Source: Hormiphora californensis
Taxonomy: Eukaryota; Animalia; Ctenophora
Direction of reading: 5' to 3'
Length of the DNA: 64,000 bases
Assembly: GCA_020137815.1 (NCBI GenBank)
Contig: CM035359.1
Span: forward strand, 5,270,001 to 5,334,000
A program made the translations under genes and the position numbers. Below are positions 1 through 13,922 of this stretch, one piece after another. The notes below the pieces were generated by a model. The model saw nothing but the letters and a program-made list of their open reading frames with translations. It did no database searches and was not told the DNA's origin. How positions within the stretch are numbered: the stretch's first letter is position 1; the number at the start of each line of letters is the position of its first letter.

Positions 1-201
1 TGGAGAGAGAGAAATAGATAGAGATGGGAGAGCGAGGTGGGAGATATAAAGAAAGACAGAGATGGAGGGAGAAAAAGATAGTTTCTTTGCTTTGCGTCGT
101 TTGAAAAAACAATCAATAATTTCAGCAGTTTTGTGATTGTGAGTGTTTAAGCAATGTCAAATGTGTGTTACCTTTTTTTGAGCTTCTGTAAATTGAACGT
201 C

Positions 202-204
<3 letters not shown>

Positions 205-294
<90 letters not shown>

Positions 295-306
295 GAGAGA
301 GAGAGA
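205..306. repeat. (GA)n microsatellite
   Basis: Near-pure GA dinucleotide run; further CT/GA tracts at ~470-620, 2722-2844, 22490-22617 and 32468-32628. Confidence 0.95.
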
Positions 307-585
307 AAGTCTTTGTAAGAGTCATAGTAAATTCTGTTAATTGTCGCTTTCTCCCTCTCTCACACTCTCTTTCTCTCATCAGTCATCCTCTCTAGTTTGT
401 CTGCTTATCCTACTGCTTCCTCTCCCACGCACTTTCTCAGTCACTATTTCAGACTTAGCCAAGCACTTTCCCTATCTCTCTCTCTATCTCTCTCTCTCTC
501 TCTCTATCTCTATCTCTCTATCTTACTACTCAACGAAGCAGAAAGGAAATTGGAACATGATTACTGAGTGTTACACACACATACA

Positions 586-627
<42 letters not shown>

Positions 628-1002
628 CTCTCTATCTCCCTTCTCCAATCAAGTCACACGGCGTGCGGTCAGTGGTCAGTCGCAAAGCTACCTACACTAA
701 TGGAGTTAGGTACAAACAGACAAACTGACAGAAATTTACTTACAGGTAGAAAGAAAGATAGAGAAGGGATAGAGATAGATAAAAAGAGAGAGAAAAGGAG
801 CAGCTGATAGTCACAATCCAATTCTATCATGATGATTGATTACCTTAGAGACGCGTCCAAGACAGACAAATTAAATTTGACACGAATCACCCAAATCAGC
901 TCTGTCGCCGAAGGCCTTATAGATAACAAACGGATCTATTATAAAAACAAGAGTATTGTTCAACTGGTAAGAGTCCAAAGTTACCATGGTAACCAGTACA
1001 TA

Positions 1003-1350
1003 TCACCATAGTAACACTCTAGCAAGTTTTAACTCCGCCAACCTATCCTTCCTCCATCCCTCTTGTAACAGCTGTATACACCGTGTTATACTCTCAGTGA
1101 GGGAACACTTGGCAGCCTTCACCCTCTCATACCCAATCCTATCTACCACTGCCAGTTCTGCAATGGGTTTCAGCCGGTAGAAACTAGACTTGCTTACTCC
1201 GAGGGACTTGATGGCAACGTTTCGTGAGACCCCGGAAGAGAGGGCTGCCAGGACATAGTTGTAAAGGGGAGTTACTTCGTCGAGGTGCCGGATTGTTACT
1301 GGTCTTTCAGGTCGTTCTAAAGAGGATAGAAGGGCGTGTCGGGGGAGGGA
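1003..1350 (-). CDS. Terminal exon encoding CCDC106-like HTH domain (copy A)
   Basis: Peptide RHLDEVTPLYNYVLAALSSGVSRNVAIKSLGVSKSSFYRLKPIAELAVV...RCIQLL...LLW* fits the CCDC106 C-terminal pattern (Y..V...G....A....GV......PIAEL..RC). Preceded by a polypyrimidine acceptor TTTTTTTCAG (exon start 1350) or CTCTTTAG (start 1316); no Met after either acceptor. Confidence 0.65.
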   Translation of the reverse strand, partial: SLPRHALLSSLERPERPVTIRHLDEVTPLYNYVLAALSSGVSRNVAIKSLGVSKSSFYRLKPIAELAVVDRIGYERVKAAKCSLTESITRCIQLLQEGWRKDRLAELKLARVLLW

Positions 1351-1967
1351 CTGAAAAAAAGAGGACATTTCGGGGGAGTGGCCAAATTGGATTTTAATAA
1401 TTCACACCCAATATAACGGAGAACCTATTTGTGAGGAAGAAAGGGAAGGCACCACTGTGACTCATAATGGTGTTTGGTTACTGACACTGTTAATCTTTAC
1501 GAAGACTATAGGGCATAGGCAGTGCACTATAATAGGCAGTGCACAATACTACGATTAAGGAGACATTGGAGGCAATAGTTTTGAAAGTCCGTTTGAGAAA
1601 CATAATCTCAGAAACCTGGGAACCCCATCTCACATCACACACACACACACATCACACAACTCTCACATCACACACACTCTCACAACTCGCAAGATCAGGA
1701 TGCGTATATTCTACAAGGTCGTAACAGTCAACAAGTGTCTGGTGTATGTCAGTCAATGTGTCCGATATTTTCGTTTTTGTGAGAGAAAGAGAAGCTCAAA
1801 AACGGTGATTTATATTACCAAATTCCACCAATAAAAAGAAATTGGTGGAAATTGGTGTGTGTGGAACATTTGTGGAGGCTAAAACCATCTGGTATTATGA
1901 AACTGCTTTAGGAGAGGGACAATTGATTCATCTTAGAGAGAGGGAGATAGAGAGAGGGAGATAGAGA

Positions 1968-2721
1968 GGGGGGGGTCGTCACCTTTTATTTTGCCCACTT
2001 TTGCCCACATTTGCCCACATGGGCAAACCAAAATCTCAAAAAACAGGTATAATGTGGGCAAAGTGGGCAAAAAGTGGGCAAAAATATTATAAGCATCAAA
2101 AATTTACCAGAAAACCCTCTGTGACAAATGTTTTTCACCTCCAATGTCTTCCAAGAGGTCCCCTCTATCGATTCCAACCGATAAATAATGTACTTACTTA
2201 TGACTAAAGGTTGATAAGGCTCCATGTCCGACTGGACAAAAGTGGGCAAAAAATTTGGCAAAATTAGGCAAAGGCCAGTGATTTTTCGTCATTTTGGGGC
2301 TATTTAGGGAACTGATACATAACAAAGGTTTTCCACTTGCATTGTACTCCAATGGGGTCCCAGAAAAACCAGAAAAATTTTCCACTCCAACCATGTGAGA
2401 AACGTGCCTAAAATGACCAATTTTCCTAATTTTGCCAACATATTTTGCCCATTTTCCCAGTTGGATATGGAGCCTTATCAACCCTGAGCAAATAAATTAT
2501 CGGTTGGAATCGATAGGGGGGACCTCTAGGAGGACATTGGTGGTGAAAAACCTTTGTCACAGACGATTACCTGGTTGAGAGCATATATTTTTTATGGATT
2601 TAAATTTTTTGCCTACTTTTGCCTACTTTTGCCTACTTTTGCCCACTTTTGCCCATGTGGGCAAATTCAAAATTTAAGAATAATGTGGGCAGTGGGCAAA
2701 AAAAAAGGTGACGTACCCCCC
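1968..2721. mobile_element. Non-autonomous TIR element with poly-G/poly-C ends and TTGCCCAC subterminal repeats
   Basis: GGGGGG(T/TA)CGTCACCTTTT... inverted at both ends; internal inverted segments ~2120-2190 and ~2495-2560; GATAGAGA on both flanks (within a microsatellite, so weak evidence). Confidence 0.75.
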
Positions 2722-2726
2722 GATAG

Positions 2727-2848
<122 letters not shown>

Positions 2849-3292
2849 CAAGATGAATCAATTGTAAACTTTTAACCAATCCCCAAACTAAAGACCCACA
2901 AAAACCCGTCATCACATATCACATACCTTTGTGCTTCTTTCGTCATCTCAGGAACACGGACAAACAAACAAACAAACAAACAAATAGACAAACAAACAAA
3001 CAAACACAAAAACAAACAGAGACATAAAATAAAAACAGTAGCTGGCGTGTTCAAGCTAGAGGGGGTAACAAATGATAGAACGAAAAGCAAACCGTGTACA
3101 TTAACTGGATCTGTATTATATGGTCAAGACAAAACAATGTATTTCGGTAGAAAATATATGAGTTGAGTCTACATAATTTATTATTCAACATATATATCGA
3201 CACACTGTTGTATAAAAATAAATTGAGGGAGGAAGGTGGATCCTCAAAAAAAACTGAAAACTGAAGAGTGTTTTTAACGCTTGAAATAATGC

Positions 3293-3609
3293 TTAAATAA
3301 TTAAATTTTGTTTCTTGGCATCATCTAATACAATGCCAGGGAGGACTTTTAGCATTTCCTGGCACCTTTGTGCGATTCTAGACACGGGCATGTACGGCAT
3401 ATCTTGTATGAAATCAGGACTAATTATAACCATCACCCCTATTGGTTTATAGATCCGGTTAAAGGTTGAGTAAGGTATGTCCAAGTTGGAGAGGACGTTA
3501 GAGACAGTCATCCCCGAGTTCACCATATCCCTAATTTGGTTGTACCTTTCAGCCACAGCGGAGACTGTCCTCACTTTGCGGTAACGGCCTCGGAGCGAGC
3601 GGTGAGGTC
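3293..3609 (-). CDS. Terminal exon encoding CCDC106-like HTH domain (copy B)
   Basis: RKVRTVSAVAERYNQIRDMVNSGMTVSNVLSNLDIPYSTFNRIYKPIGVMVII...RCQEML...NLII* aligns with copies A and C; acceptor CCACTCGCAG, phase 1; the ORF-track start is TTG, not ATG. Confidence 0.65.
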
Positions 3610-3881
3610 CTGCGAGTGGAACACAAGTTCTGAATTTTGAACAAAAACACAAGGATTGTTGCTGTTGTGAATTTTAAAGACAAAAAAAAACCACAAAGAA
3701 TTTTCAACACACCAAAAAAAAACACACAATAAAATAGTACTTTCTGAATTTAAACAACAAAAACAATATACTACATACAAGGATAGTTCATGTTCTGAAT
3801 TTGAAGGCCAACACACCAAAATAATATATGCTGAACTGAATTTTGAACAAAAACACAAGGATGGTTGCTGTCTTGCATATA

Positions 3882-5444
3882 CAGGGTGTCCCATATATTC
3901 TCTGGGTCGGTTGGCGAGCTGTCACGCAAAAACGGTGATAGTTGTGTGAAAACAAACTGCGGGAGTGTGCTGGATTAATTCCTTCCTAACTGATGGCTTT
4001 GTTTTAAAATTAAATTTCAAAAGTTCATTTTTCATGAATGAACATTGCTGCCGTTCATTCATGAATTCTGAAATATTGTTTACCTTGAGTAAGTAACTTT
4101 TCTTTGGCTCGCAATTATCTTTCCAATGAGCACCATAAAACTTGAATTGAAGCACCAGGTCACATGACAGTTGAGAAAATGAACATGCATGATTTTGGCT
4201 CTTTTTGCGACTTTTAATAGGCTGTATCACCGCTACCTTATCTTCAATCTTTTTGAAACTTTGGGTGAACATTGGATAAGCAAAGATCTTTGCTCACAAG
4301 AAAAATCAATGTCATAACGCAAAGTTCATTTTTCAATTTTGGTAGTTCATTCCACTCATTCAGGAACCAAAATCCCTAAAGTGATGAAAAGTGTTGGGTT
4401 TTGTTTGGTCCATGTCCTGCAATGACAGAGAGGTGTAGTAACGTGTTTCCAAGCTAGTTAGTGAGTGCCATGTGATCAAGGTGATATCTGACACCTTCGT
4501 TGAGCAATAATAAAGGGATTTTCTCAAATTCAAGCATGTGATTCGGGTCTTCTGCGATTAGTATCGCGATTAGTATCTTGAGAGATCTCATAGCATCTCA
4601 AAAATGATGGTTAGTTCAATGAAATGAGTTGATTGATGACCAATAAGATTAAGACCGATGCCACATTGAAATCAAAGACCATTTTAGATCATAAATCAAC
4701 TCATTAGTCATTTCATTGAACTAACCATCATTTTCGAGGGGCTATGAGATCTCTCTGCACGATACCAATCGCAGAAAACTCAAATCACATGCTTGAATTT
4801 GAGAAAATCCCTTTATTATTGCTCAACGAAGGTGTCAGATATCACCTTGATCACATGGCACTCACTAACTAGCTTGGAAACACGTTACTACACCTCTCTG
4901 TCATTGCAGGACATGGACCAAACAAAACCCAACACTTTTCATCACTTTAGGGATTTTGGTTCCTGAATGAGTGGAATGAACTACCAAAATTGAAAAATGA
5001 ACTTTGCGTTATGACCTTGATTTTTCTTGTGAGCAAAGATCTTTGCTTATCCAATGTTCACCCAAAGTTTCAAAAAGATTGAAGATAAGGTAGCGGTGAT
5101 ACAGCCTATTAAAAGTCGCAAAAAGAGCCAAAATCATGCATGTTCATTTTCTCAACTGTCATGTGACCTGGTGCTTCAATTCAAGTTTTATGGTGCTCAT
5201 TGGAAAGATAATTGCGAGCCAAAGAAAAGTTACTTACTCAAGGTAAACAATATTTCAGAATTCATGAATGAACGGCAGCAATGTTCATTCATGAAAAATG
5301 AACTTTTGAAATCTAATTTTAAAACAAAGCCATCAGTTAGGAAGGAATTAATCCAGCACACTCCCGCAGTTTGTTTTCACACAACTATCACCGTTTTTGC
5401 GTGACAGCTCGCCAACCGACCCAGAGAATATATGGGACACCCTG
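3882..5444. mobile_element. Foldback-type non-autonomous Tc1/mariner-like element
   Basis: TA|CAGGGTGTCCCATAT...ATATGGGACACCCTG|TA; ~680-bp near-perfect arms with a more diverged centre. Confidence 0.9.
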
Positions 5445-6315
5445 TATTGGAAGACAACAAAAACAAAACGAAAGTTTATATATTTTCAAGCCATCAAAAA
5501 CATAGTGAAATTTCTGGAGGGGGATGGGCTAAAAAAGTAGGGTCTAAAAGTCTAAACAGGTCTAAAAATTAAGAATAAAAAGTCTAAACTTAGGGCATCA
5601 ATTAACTTTTCTATTCTGAATTTCAAATACAAAAAAACGTTCATTTGTTTGGGAATTCACGCCAGTTCCAGCATAAACAACTAGATGAATATGGTAAGCC
5701 CGGGTAAGCAAAGTAAACATATATTATACTAATTATCACAAACTAACAAACAACACTCAACATAATACCAAGCCCCCATTATAACACAAACCCCCACAAG
5801 TTAGAGAGAGAGTAGAGCGAGTTTTCTTTGCCAGATGGTTTTCAAAAAATCAACAATAATATGAAAATGTTCCACATTGTGTGTGTGTGATCTGTTACTT
5901 ACTTGGATTTGAAGATGTTACAGTCGTGTTATGGCCCGATTTACCGTCCATTAGACTCCGCCTGGGGACGGGGAACGTTATTATAGGTAAACAAGAAATG
6001 GGAGAGTGGAGGGAGATAGGAGAGTTAAGGGATAGATATATAAAAGGAAATGAAAAAGGGAGATCGAGATAGAATATGATGTAGTTTATTTTCGGCTCAT
6101 CAAAACACCTAAGTTAATTGATAAATAAGTTAAACATAAATAATATTATTTTATTGAAAATCTCTGACACATTCGGGCGATATTAAATTGTCCAGAAGCG
6201 AGACACATACTCATTGGTAAAGGTATACATTGTCTTCTCCTCAAAAATCTAAATGTAGTTCGGTGGGACGACTTACTAAATTGCACCGCGGGCGGAGTCG
6301 CTTCATAAATCTCAT

Positions 6316-9300
6316 CTACATAATCTTTTTAGCCGCTCTAGCAGCCATACACTCCCCATTCCTACTTCTTAATATCTCCTTACACCTATCACTCAGCTCT
6401 TTGTAACTAACATTTGGGTCAAAATGAAACACCTCGGGGGCAATAATAAGTGTCTCCGCAATCCTTCTGATCATCAACCAATGGTGACTATAAACGAGGT
6501 TGTGCCGTGAGAGAGCCGTCGCCACACACACCCCATTGTTAACTTCTCGTAGCACCTCCGTGTAGATCTTCAGGATGTTTGCGGGGGTTTTCTCGAACCG
6601 GTGTGTCGATCTTCTTCTCCCGACTTTCCGCACTGGATGACGGTTGGCGATGATTTTAAATTGTGAAAATCCAGAACCAACGCTCCTGAAAACAACATCT
6701 CACACGATCCGAGAAGGAGGTAGGTGAATTATAACTCCAGCTTCTTTTTTAGGGCAAACGAATCGGAAATAATATAGTGTGAACAAAGTGGACTGAGCAA
6801 TTTTTCGAACAAATAAATGACTGCACTGATCCCGTTGGATCAGTTCTGTTTGTTTGTTCGTGCATGCAGGGGTGGTGATCGATTTGTGTAAAAAAGTATT
6901 ACTTACAATTCTCCGGTTTCCCTCGATGAACCAGGAACATTGTCCGCTGAACCGCCCCCTCCTTTGGACAGCAGATTGTTGAGGTTGTTAGCGGTATTCG
7001 ACAGACTCAACATTGAAAGAGGATTGTTTGATAGGGTATTATTTAGAGATGAAGGCTGGGCGGTGGTCACCAGATTCGCTATCCCTATATTTTCCTCATT
7101 GTTCTGTATTGTCGTCATCAGCTGCTGAATCGTGTCCACCGGTAATATCGGATCAAGTATCGAGTCATCCAACATTTCATTCTTAACAGTCACACTCATA
7201 TCACTTTCCTCTTTTACCGCTTCCTCTTGTTCGGGAGCGGGCGCGAAAACATCATAAGCAGGTGGATGAAGGGCTGTTGTCGAGGTGGCAGTGGGCTGGG
7301 AAGTTGACTGTGGTGCAGGGGTTGGGGTCAACCCGGGGATATCTGGGACGGTGACTGATTGGGTTCCAATTTGGGTGGAGATAGTAGGGGGACCAGTCAC
7401 TAAGTTTGGAGGAGGTTGCAGTGGAGCTGCGGGGGCAACCACCTGGGACCTGAAATAGGGGGACACTTCATTAACAATCGGGTAATAGGGCGATATTAAT
7501 AGTCTTTTCTCCAAAAACAAGGGATAAAAGGACACTTTAAACTGATCCACTTTCATGGGAATCAAAACTTACATCTGGACAACCGAAGCAGGTGGAAGAA
7601 GGTCTACAACCTTAGAGACAGGCTGGTGAATTATATCATTAACTTCTTTGTTTATCTCGTCTATGTCCATTGAAGCTGCCGCCAGCGGCGAATCTTCACA
7701 GACTATGTGAGGGAGGGAGAGGTTAGTTATAATACTGGGGTGAGATCTTTAGTTAGGGCACAGATGCAGATGGGAGGTACCTAATAAACTGATTAATTAC
7801 CTAATTCTTCATCGTCAATGGACTCTGCATTAGCATCTGACACAGCTTCAATAACTGGAGCTAAGTGTTGTACTGAAAAAGAGGGAAATGTTAGTCAATT
7901 GGAACATTTCATTCAATAATAATAATAATAATAACTATGTTTATATTCCGCCCATATCCGACAGGGACAGAGCAGCGGAACTGCTACTGTCACTGAAGGA
8001 TGATCTGAACGGTTAATATACTGGTAAGACCTCGCAAACTTATCCCTAATAGAACAAAAAATAATAAAGAAAAAATACACCGGCTCACATTACTATCGGC
8101 TCACATAACTATCGGTGACTGAATATATAACAGACTGAGTTAGAGTCCTGGAACTCTAAAAAATTGATGTAAAAGTCCGTAGATTAAGAAACACAGAAAA
8201 ACACTCGTGCTATGAAAAACCCCAATATATGCTTCACACTTCTGCTCGCCACGAGCTATAATACAGAAAAACAATTAAAAACGGGTACCAGCCAGAGCAC
8301 ATACCTCAGCAAGAAGGAGAGTGTTAAGAGGACAGTCCAGTCTCACCAAAAGCCTCAGTGAAAAGACTAGTCTTGAGCTTAGACTTGAAAGATTCCACAG
8401 ACTCAACAGCTCTCAGATCAAGGGGAAGCCCATTCCAGACTTCAGGCAGGTAAACCGACGGACGTCTTCTTCTCAACTTGGAAGTCGCATTGACACTTGA
8501 TAGCTTAGGGTACTTCAGCTTGAGGCCATCAGGCCAAGCATTTCCTCTAGTAGCCCGGATCACATGAAGTCCATCATCAACAGGGACCTGATCTTGCAGG
8601 TAGTTCAGGGGCCAATCCATGTACAATCTTGTACGCCATGAGGCATGCTTTGAACGTAACTCGTTGTTCCACAGGAAGAACATGCAACTCTTTCAAGTAT
8701 GGCATGTAGGTGTCTTGGTGACCGTATAGGCCATAAACAAATCTGACACACGAGTTCAAGACTCTCTGAAGGCTGTTGAGAAGCTTCTTAGGTAAGCCAT
8801 GGTAAAGGACATTACAATAATCCAATCTTGAAATGATGAGCTGCTTAACAAGGAGTATCTTGGTCGATTTATCCAGACATCGGTTTACTTGCCATAGATT
8901 CTTCAAAAGCAAACCACATTGTTTCTTAACACTGTTGATTTGTCTCTCCATTGAGAGGTTGCTATCAAGGAACACTCCTAGTGTTTTTCCTGCATTACCC
9001 GTAAAGTCCACTGGGCTTATCTCCACTCCACCAAAGTCCACAGTGGGCTGATACACCATCTTATCCAGGGCACTGTTTTTGCCTAACAGCAGGAATTCAG
9101 TCTTTGCCTCATTGCACTTTAGCCAGTGCTCACTCATCCACTCTTTCACACTTGACAAGCATTCCTCAGTCCTCTCCTTTGCCAGTTTCCAGTTTTCCTC
9201 ATCAGTTGGTACAAAGCTGATGTACAATTGCGAGTCATCAGCATAAAGTTTAATCCTCAAGCCATAAGGTTTGACCAAATCTTGCAATTCCTCCACATAC

Positions 9301-10213
9301 AGTAAAAACAACACAGGTCCAAGCAGTGAACCCTGCGGAACTCCACAAATCAGAGAGACAATCCTCGAAAGTTCCCCTTCCACGTTTACCCGATAAGTCC
9401 TCATTTGTAGATAGTTGGCGAACCAATCCAAGACAGAACCCCTCACTCCAAACCGTCCTTCAAGAACTTCTAGCAGCTTTCCATCGTCCACTGTGTCAAA
9501 GGCGGCGCTCATATCTAATAGAAAGAGGCCTGCGACCTTTCCTTCATCCATATCCCGAAGGAGATCATCAAACATACCCATCAGTAGGGTTTCACAGCTA
9601 TGATTCACCCTGTAACCTGATTGATGCTTATTTAGTAACTCGTTCTCATTGAGATACGAGTTGAGCTGCTCTAGAACTATCTTTTCAAGAAGTTTGGAGA
9701 CAAAAGATAGGTTGGAGACTGGCCGATAGTTGGTCAAAGTGTCCTTATCGCCATAAGGGTTCTTAATCGTGGGAAACACCAAAGCTTGCTGGAGAAGTTC
9801 AGGAACACTGGAACATCCAAGAGATAGGTTAATAAACCTGCACCTAACAAAATTAAAAGATTTTTGACCATAAATGGTACCTTTAAATCACAGCAAATTA
9901 CAACCGGCCCTTACCAATAGAAATGACTCTGACAGCAGTGTCAAGTAAAAACAGTAGAAATTCATTGTCAGTCTTTTCTTGAAAGTGAAACTCCGACTTT
10001 TGTTTATGGTAGAATCCTAAGACTTCAGTGTTTGCTTTAATCGTTAGCACTTCTGTCATAGCTACATGAAGGGGAAATATTGAATCAATATTATTGACAA
10101 AGCTGCAAGTTAAATGGGAAGGGTAGGATTGTAACAAGTAAGCATTGCCATTGCATGGATACTTATTGGATTGGGGGGAGGGGGTACTCTGTGCCTGATA
10201 ACCTCGCTCGACA
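6316..10213 (-). CDS. Multi-exon gene: globular region, Pro/Ser/Thr-rich linker, C-terminal CCDC106-like HTH domain (copy C); 5' end not resolved
   Basis: Exons 10213-9915, 7872-7801, 7702-7573, 7449-6907 and 6685-6316 have GT-AG boundaries with matching phases (1,1,2,2) and join into one open frame ending ...YTEVLREVNNGVCVATAL...RRIAETLIIAPE...RCKEIL...KKIM*. Confidence 0.75.
7915..9842 (-). mobile_element. 5'-truncated CR1/L2-group LINE (reverse transcriptase) in an intron
   Basis: ORF 8577-9782 has NYRPVSNL, QSGYR, LDMSAAFDTV, GVPQGSLLGP, YADD and SRLDYCN motifs; frameshift near 8600 into ...WNGLP...FKSKLKT (8324); short (TTA)n tail at 7915-7933. Confidence 0.92.
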
Positions 10214-10292
10214 CTGGAAACAGTCCATAGTATACGTATTATAATTTCCAAACTGTTAGTCAGTAAGTTAGTTAGTTTAAGGGTCCCAAATC

Positions 10293-10316
10293 TTGTTTTG
10301 TTCAAACTCTTGGCAA
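10293..10316 (-). mobile_element. 24-bp member of the TTGCC...ACAA micro-element family
   Basis: TTGTTTTG...CTTGGCAA flanked by CCCAAATC / CCTAAATC (7/8 match). Confidence 0.55.
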
Positions 10317-10430
10317 CCTAAATCGCGTCGGGAAAGTTAAGAATGTGAAAAAATACATTTTCACCGTAGCCACCCCATATCTTATCCAATAATATGAAAC
10401 TTAGTCAGTATGTGCATCTTGATGTACTTT

Positions 10431-10740
10431 GGCCAGGGGTTCCCAGGAAACGGATCGGCAAGATGAGAGGTGACAGGCCACAGGGGTTTTGGGGCGCCGT
10501 TACGATCTGGGTGTTTGGAGGCCTGTTTACAGGTGCGCACTGCCAAAAAAGTTGATTCACTAAAATGGATCTAACCGCCAAACCACTCAACCGTTTTGGC
10601 TGATTCAAAGTTTATCTGGTAGGGAATGTCAAGGCCTAACCCCAACCCAAACCCCAACCCCAACCCTAACCCTACTTTAGCCCTAACCCTAAAAAACCGT
10701 TCGTCAGCACTCCCAAAACACCCAGATTTTAACGCTGGCC
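10431..10740. mobile_element. Short repeat element with GGCCAG ends and internal CCCTAA-like repeats
   Basis: GGCCAG...CTGGCC ends; homologous pieces at 25781-26170 in both orientations. No clear TSD. Confidence 0.5.
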
Positions 10741-10779
10741 GGGTTTTTGGGAAAAAGTGAAAAATTCACAAAAAGTCAT

Positions 10780-11120
10780 GAGGCCCCTCGGAAATGTTCA
10801 AGTCATGCACAATCAAGTCACGCCCACCAATCACAGCTCAGAACGCGCGGAGTGCTTCACGCGTTCTGCGCTGTGATTGGTTTGGCAAACGTTGCTGGCC
10901 CCCCGCGGGATAAGGCAGCGCTTTTCAAGTGATTGGTGGGCGTGACTTGATTGTGCATGAGCATACTCGGAAATGTTCAGGTCGAGCACATGAAGGTCGA
11001 GCACAAGGTCGAGCACAAGGTCCGGTCAATGTCAGCACTTTTTTTCGCGCTGCGGCTCAATGACGCGCAGTGGTCACGTGACTGGTCAGACCTTGTGCTC
11101 GACCTCGTGCTCGACCTTTC
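10780..11120 (+). mobile_element. Repeat element (GGTCGAGCAC repeats) carrying a nested palindromic MITE at 10808-10955
   Basis: A related copy in the opposite orientation at ~22620-23110 lacks the 148-bp insert; the insert is flanked by duplicated CATG. Confidence 0.7.
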
Positions 11121-12488
11121 ATACGACGTGCGCGCCGTGAAATCTCGCGCGAAATTCCCACAGAGTTGATCTCCGCGTCAGCCGTTTCTCCCATCAAGTC
11201 ACAGACAAACAGACAAACATTCGCGCCCTGGCGTCAATTTACCAGGGCAGACGGCTGCGGCAGCTTGCTGATGAACAAAAACATGACATGACATTACCAA
11301 ACAATGTTTGAAACTTTGAACCAGTAGCATCTTCCTTTTTTCGCCAGTGTAGGGAGTCAAATTATAAACATCTTTTAGTTTTATAAATAAGGTAACAAAA
11401 TTAAAAATATGATAATGAATAGCATGGTAATCAGGCAATTGATAATCATAAATATAACACACAGATCCGCATTTTTCACATAAATTATGGGAACTATCAG
11501 TATCAGTTTCTCAGCTATTGAGAGAAAATTGTTGATTAGCCGCATAATTAACGAGGAAGCTGTGTTTTCTCCTTCCGGCCGGATCTGGACCACTGACCAG
11601 CTTTATGAAATGAGTACTAGAGTATTCGACGGGTTTTAATTTTGATATCATATTGTAGAACGTAGCGTTGTTCTACAATAAAATCCTATTCAGTTCGTAT
11701 CCCGACCAAAAGGAGAAAACACAACTTTCACAGTTACTTTACACCCATGAAATCTACATGTCCTCTCACCTCGACAGCTCATCACAGCCACAATCACAGC
11801 CCGTATGTCGTATGACTCTTCTTATAAGCTTCGAGTATTTTAGAATATAGAGTCCATGGCCTTTTTATGGTCTTTGTAGAGTCAAATCTTTATTAATACC
11901 AGATCCAATGTCATCGTAAGTCAGAGCAGCCACGTCATTACGCCAATAATTGATAAGCCGGCTTCATTAGACACTAGCGATCCCCTTGCACTGTACTGCA
12001 CTTGCACTTGTAGTCCTATATTTATATATTTTGTAGTCCTCCACATATAGTTTTGCACTAGCAGCTCCTTCAGTTACTGAAATGGAAAAAACAATTTACA
12101 ATTTAAGTTTACAATAACAGTAACACAGTTATAGTGGATAGTCCTAACACAAAACTATGGTACAACCACACCCGTACACTTGCTCCCTTTTCAAAGAAAT
12201 ATCCCCAATAACAAATGAAAATTTCATTTGTTATAGGGGATATTGATATTTTTATTTATAAACCCGAATAAGCTAGATAACTCGGACAGTAACAACATTA
12301 CTATCTTTTCAGTGACAATTAATGTATTGACACAGTTATAAACACACACACACACATACACACGTCACAGTTCTAGTTATGCATGTCACAGCTATGAATG
12401 AAGGAAGCCGGTCAGTGGGGAATACTGACGTACGCATTGAAGTGAGAGTGGACAGAAGCAGAATTGGAGAAGCTTGATTGAGGTAGTA

Positions 12489-12639
12489 AAGTCGGATTTT
12501 TTGAAGTTGTCACCCCAAAATGACCGCGCATGTGAAATTTATCAATTTTGACGTGCACACCACACGTTAACATGTGATGTGACGCGCAAAAACATTCCGC
12601 GCATGAAACGGGGGGTGATAACTTCAAAAAATCCGACTT
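12489..12639. mobile_element. MITE, AAGTCGGATTTTTTGAA family, TA TSD
   Basis: TA|AAGTCGG...CCGACTT|TA; immediately followed by a second inverted-repeat element ~12642-12886. Confidence 0.8.
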
Positions 12640-13680
12640 TAGAGCATATAACTTTCCGAGTATTTTCCATTTTTCCCGCTCTCAAAAGATACAATGATAC
12701 ATTCCTCGCTGTGAAATTGCTCTCTATTATACACACGGCGGGGCAGGTTCACTGTTCGGGCATACACGCCCAGTGACCACAGAACATAGCGAGATAGAGT
12801 TCCAGCCCCCTGGTAACAAATATAATAGAGCGAGGAATGTATCTTTTCAGAGCGGGAAAAGTGAAAATACTCGGAGAGTTCTGCTCTACTACATCAATCA
12901 AGCTTGTCCAATTCTTTTTCTGTCTACTCTGACTTTAACGAGACTTACCAATTTCTATCGCACAGGGTTAATTTAAATATCGTGTACTGGTCCTGGGCTT
13001 TTTGTCAGCTTTGTGCTTGTTATGAGGCGATCCCATATACTGTCTGGTCATATTCCAAACAAATAGATATCACTGTCTCGACCCTGCATGAGGAGAGAAT
13101 ATATCAGTAGTCAGTACAAAGGATGGGAGCAGGTTTAGGGACATCCAACATCTATTTAGTTTTTTTTATCGGTTGTTGGGACGTGGAGAGGTAGGGCCTA
13201 AAGTACTCCCCAAACTACTATGTCCCTCACTCGGGTTTTGTGAAATTTCCCACGGTCATAACTCCACTTATATATATAGGAAGAACTCGACATGATCTCC
13301 TCACAAAACAAATTTCAAGTCTCTATCTCATCAGGGGGTGGAGCTATGGCTGTCTAAAATCCGGTCGCGCGCAGCAAGGGACATAATACTGTGTGATTTT
13401 AAATGACTGAGACTGGTATATTGCGAATTGCGTGAAAACTATGGCATCTTTCGACTTCAAATTTTGGGACATGATAAAACTAGGTTGTAGCAATTTTCTC
13501 CTAGTTTTACAGCAAATTTCAATGTTCCTGAATGAATCTATTGTCCAAAAACCTCCTCCAACTTTACACAGTCATATCTCTGGAGTCTAATGAGATAAAG
13601 AGATTAGATATCAGTACGGAGGTTGGGAGCAGGTTTTAGGAAATTCTACATTTATCTACTGTCATCATCTTTTTAGATAT

Positions 13681-13922
13681 ACCTTACTCTCGATTTTTAA
13701 GAAACGCTTTAGTGAGAAACTTTTTTATAAGAAACTTTTCAAATGTAAATCACACAATTCAGAGACACCACAACAAAATAGAACACCCCCAACTTGTTTA
13801 GTTTCTTGATATAGAAGAAATTCTTTTTGTTTTTGGATTGCTTACACTTGAAGTTTCCTAGAAAAAAGTTTCTTATTGAAAAGTTTCTTGAAATATGAGA
13901 GCTTAATTAACGAGAGTAAGGT
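13681..13922. mobile_element. Short MITE-like inverted-repeat element
   Basis: ACCTTACTCTCG...CGAGAGTAAGGT ends with internal AAGAAAC repeats in inverted arrangement. Confidence 0.55.

Noticed and set aside
3922-5404. Twin 116-aa ORFs (also twin 64-aa ORFs at 15269/18577)
   Set aside because: Mirror images produced by inverted-repeat arms; no recognisable transposase motifs.
10635-10692. Interstitial telomere (CCCTAA-like; also 25875-26050)
   Set aside because: Short and degenerate, and always embedded in the same dispersed repeat family.
11740-12078. Upstream exon of the HTH gene (minus-strand acceptor and donor present)
   Set aside because: No frame stays open across it; it may be untranslated but cannot be supported as CDS.
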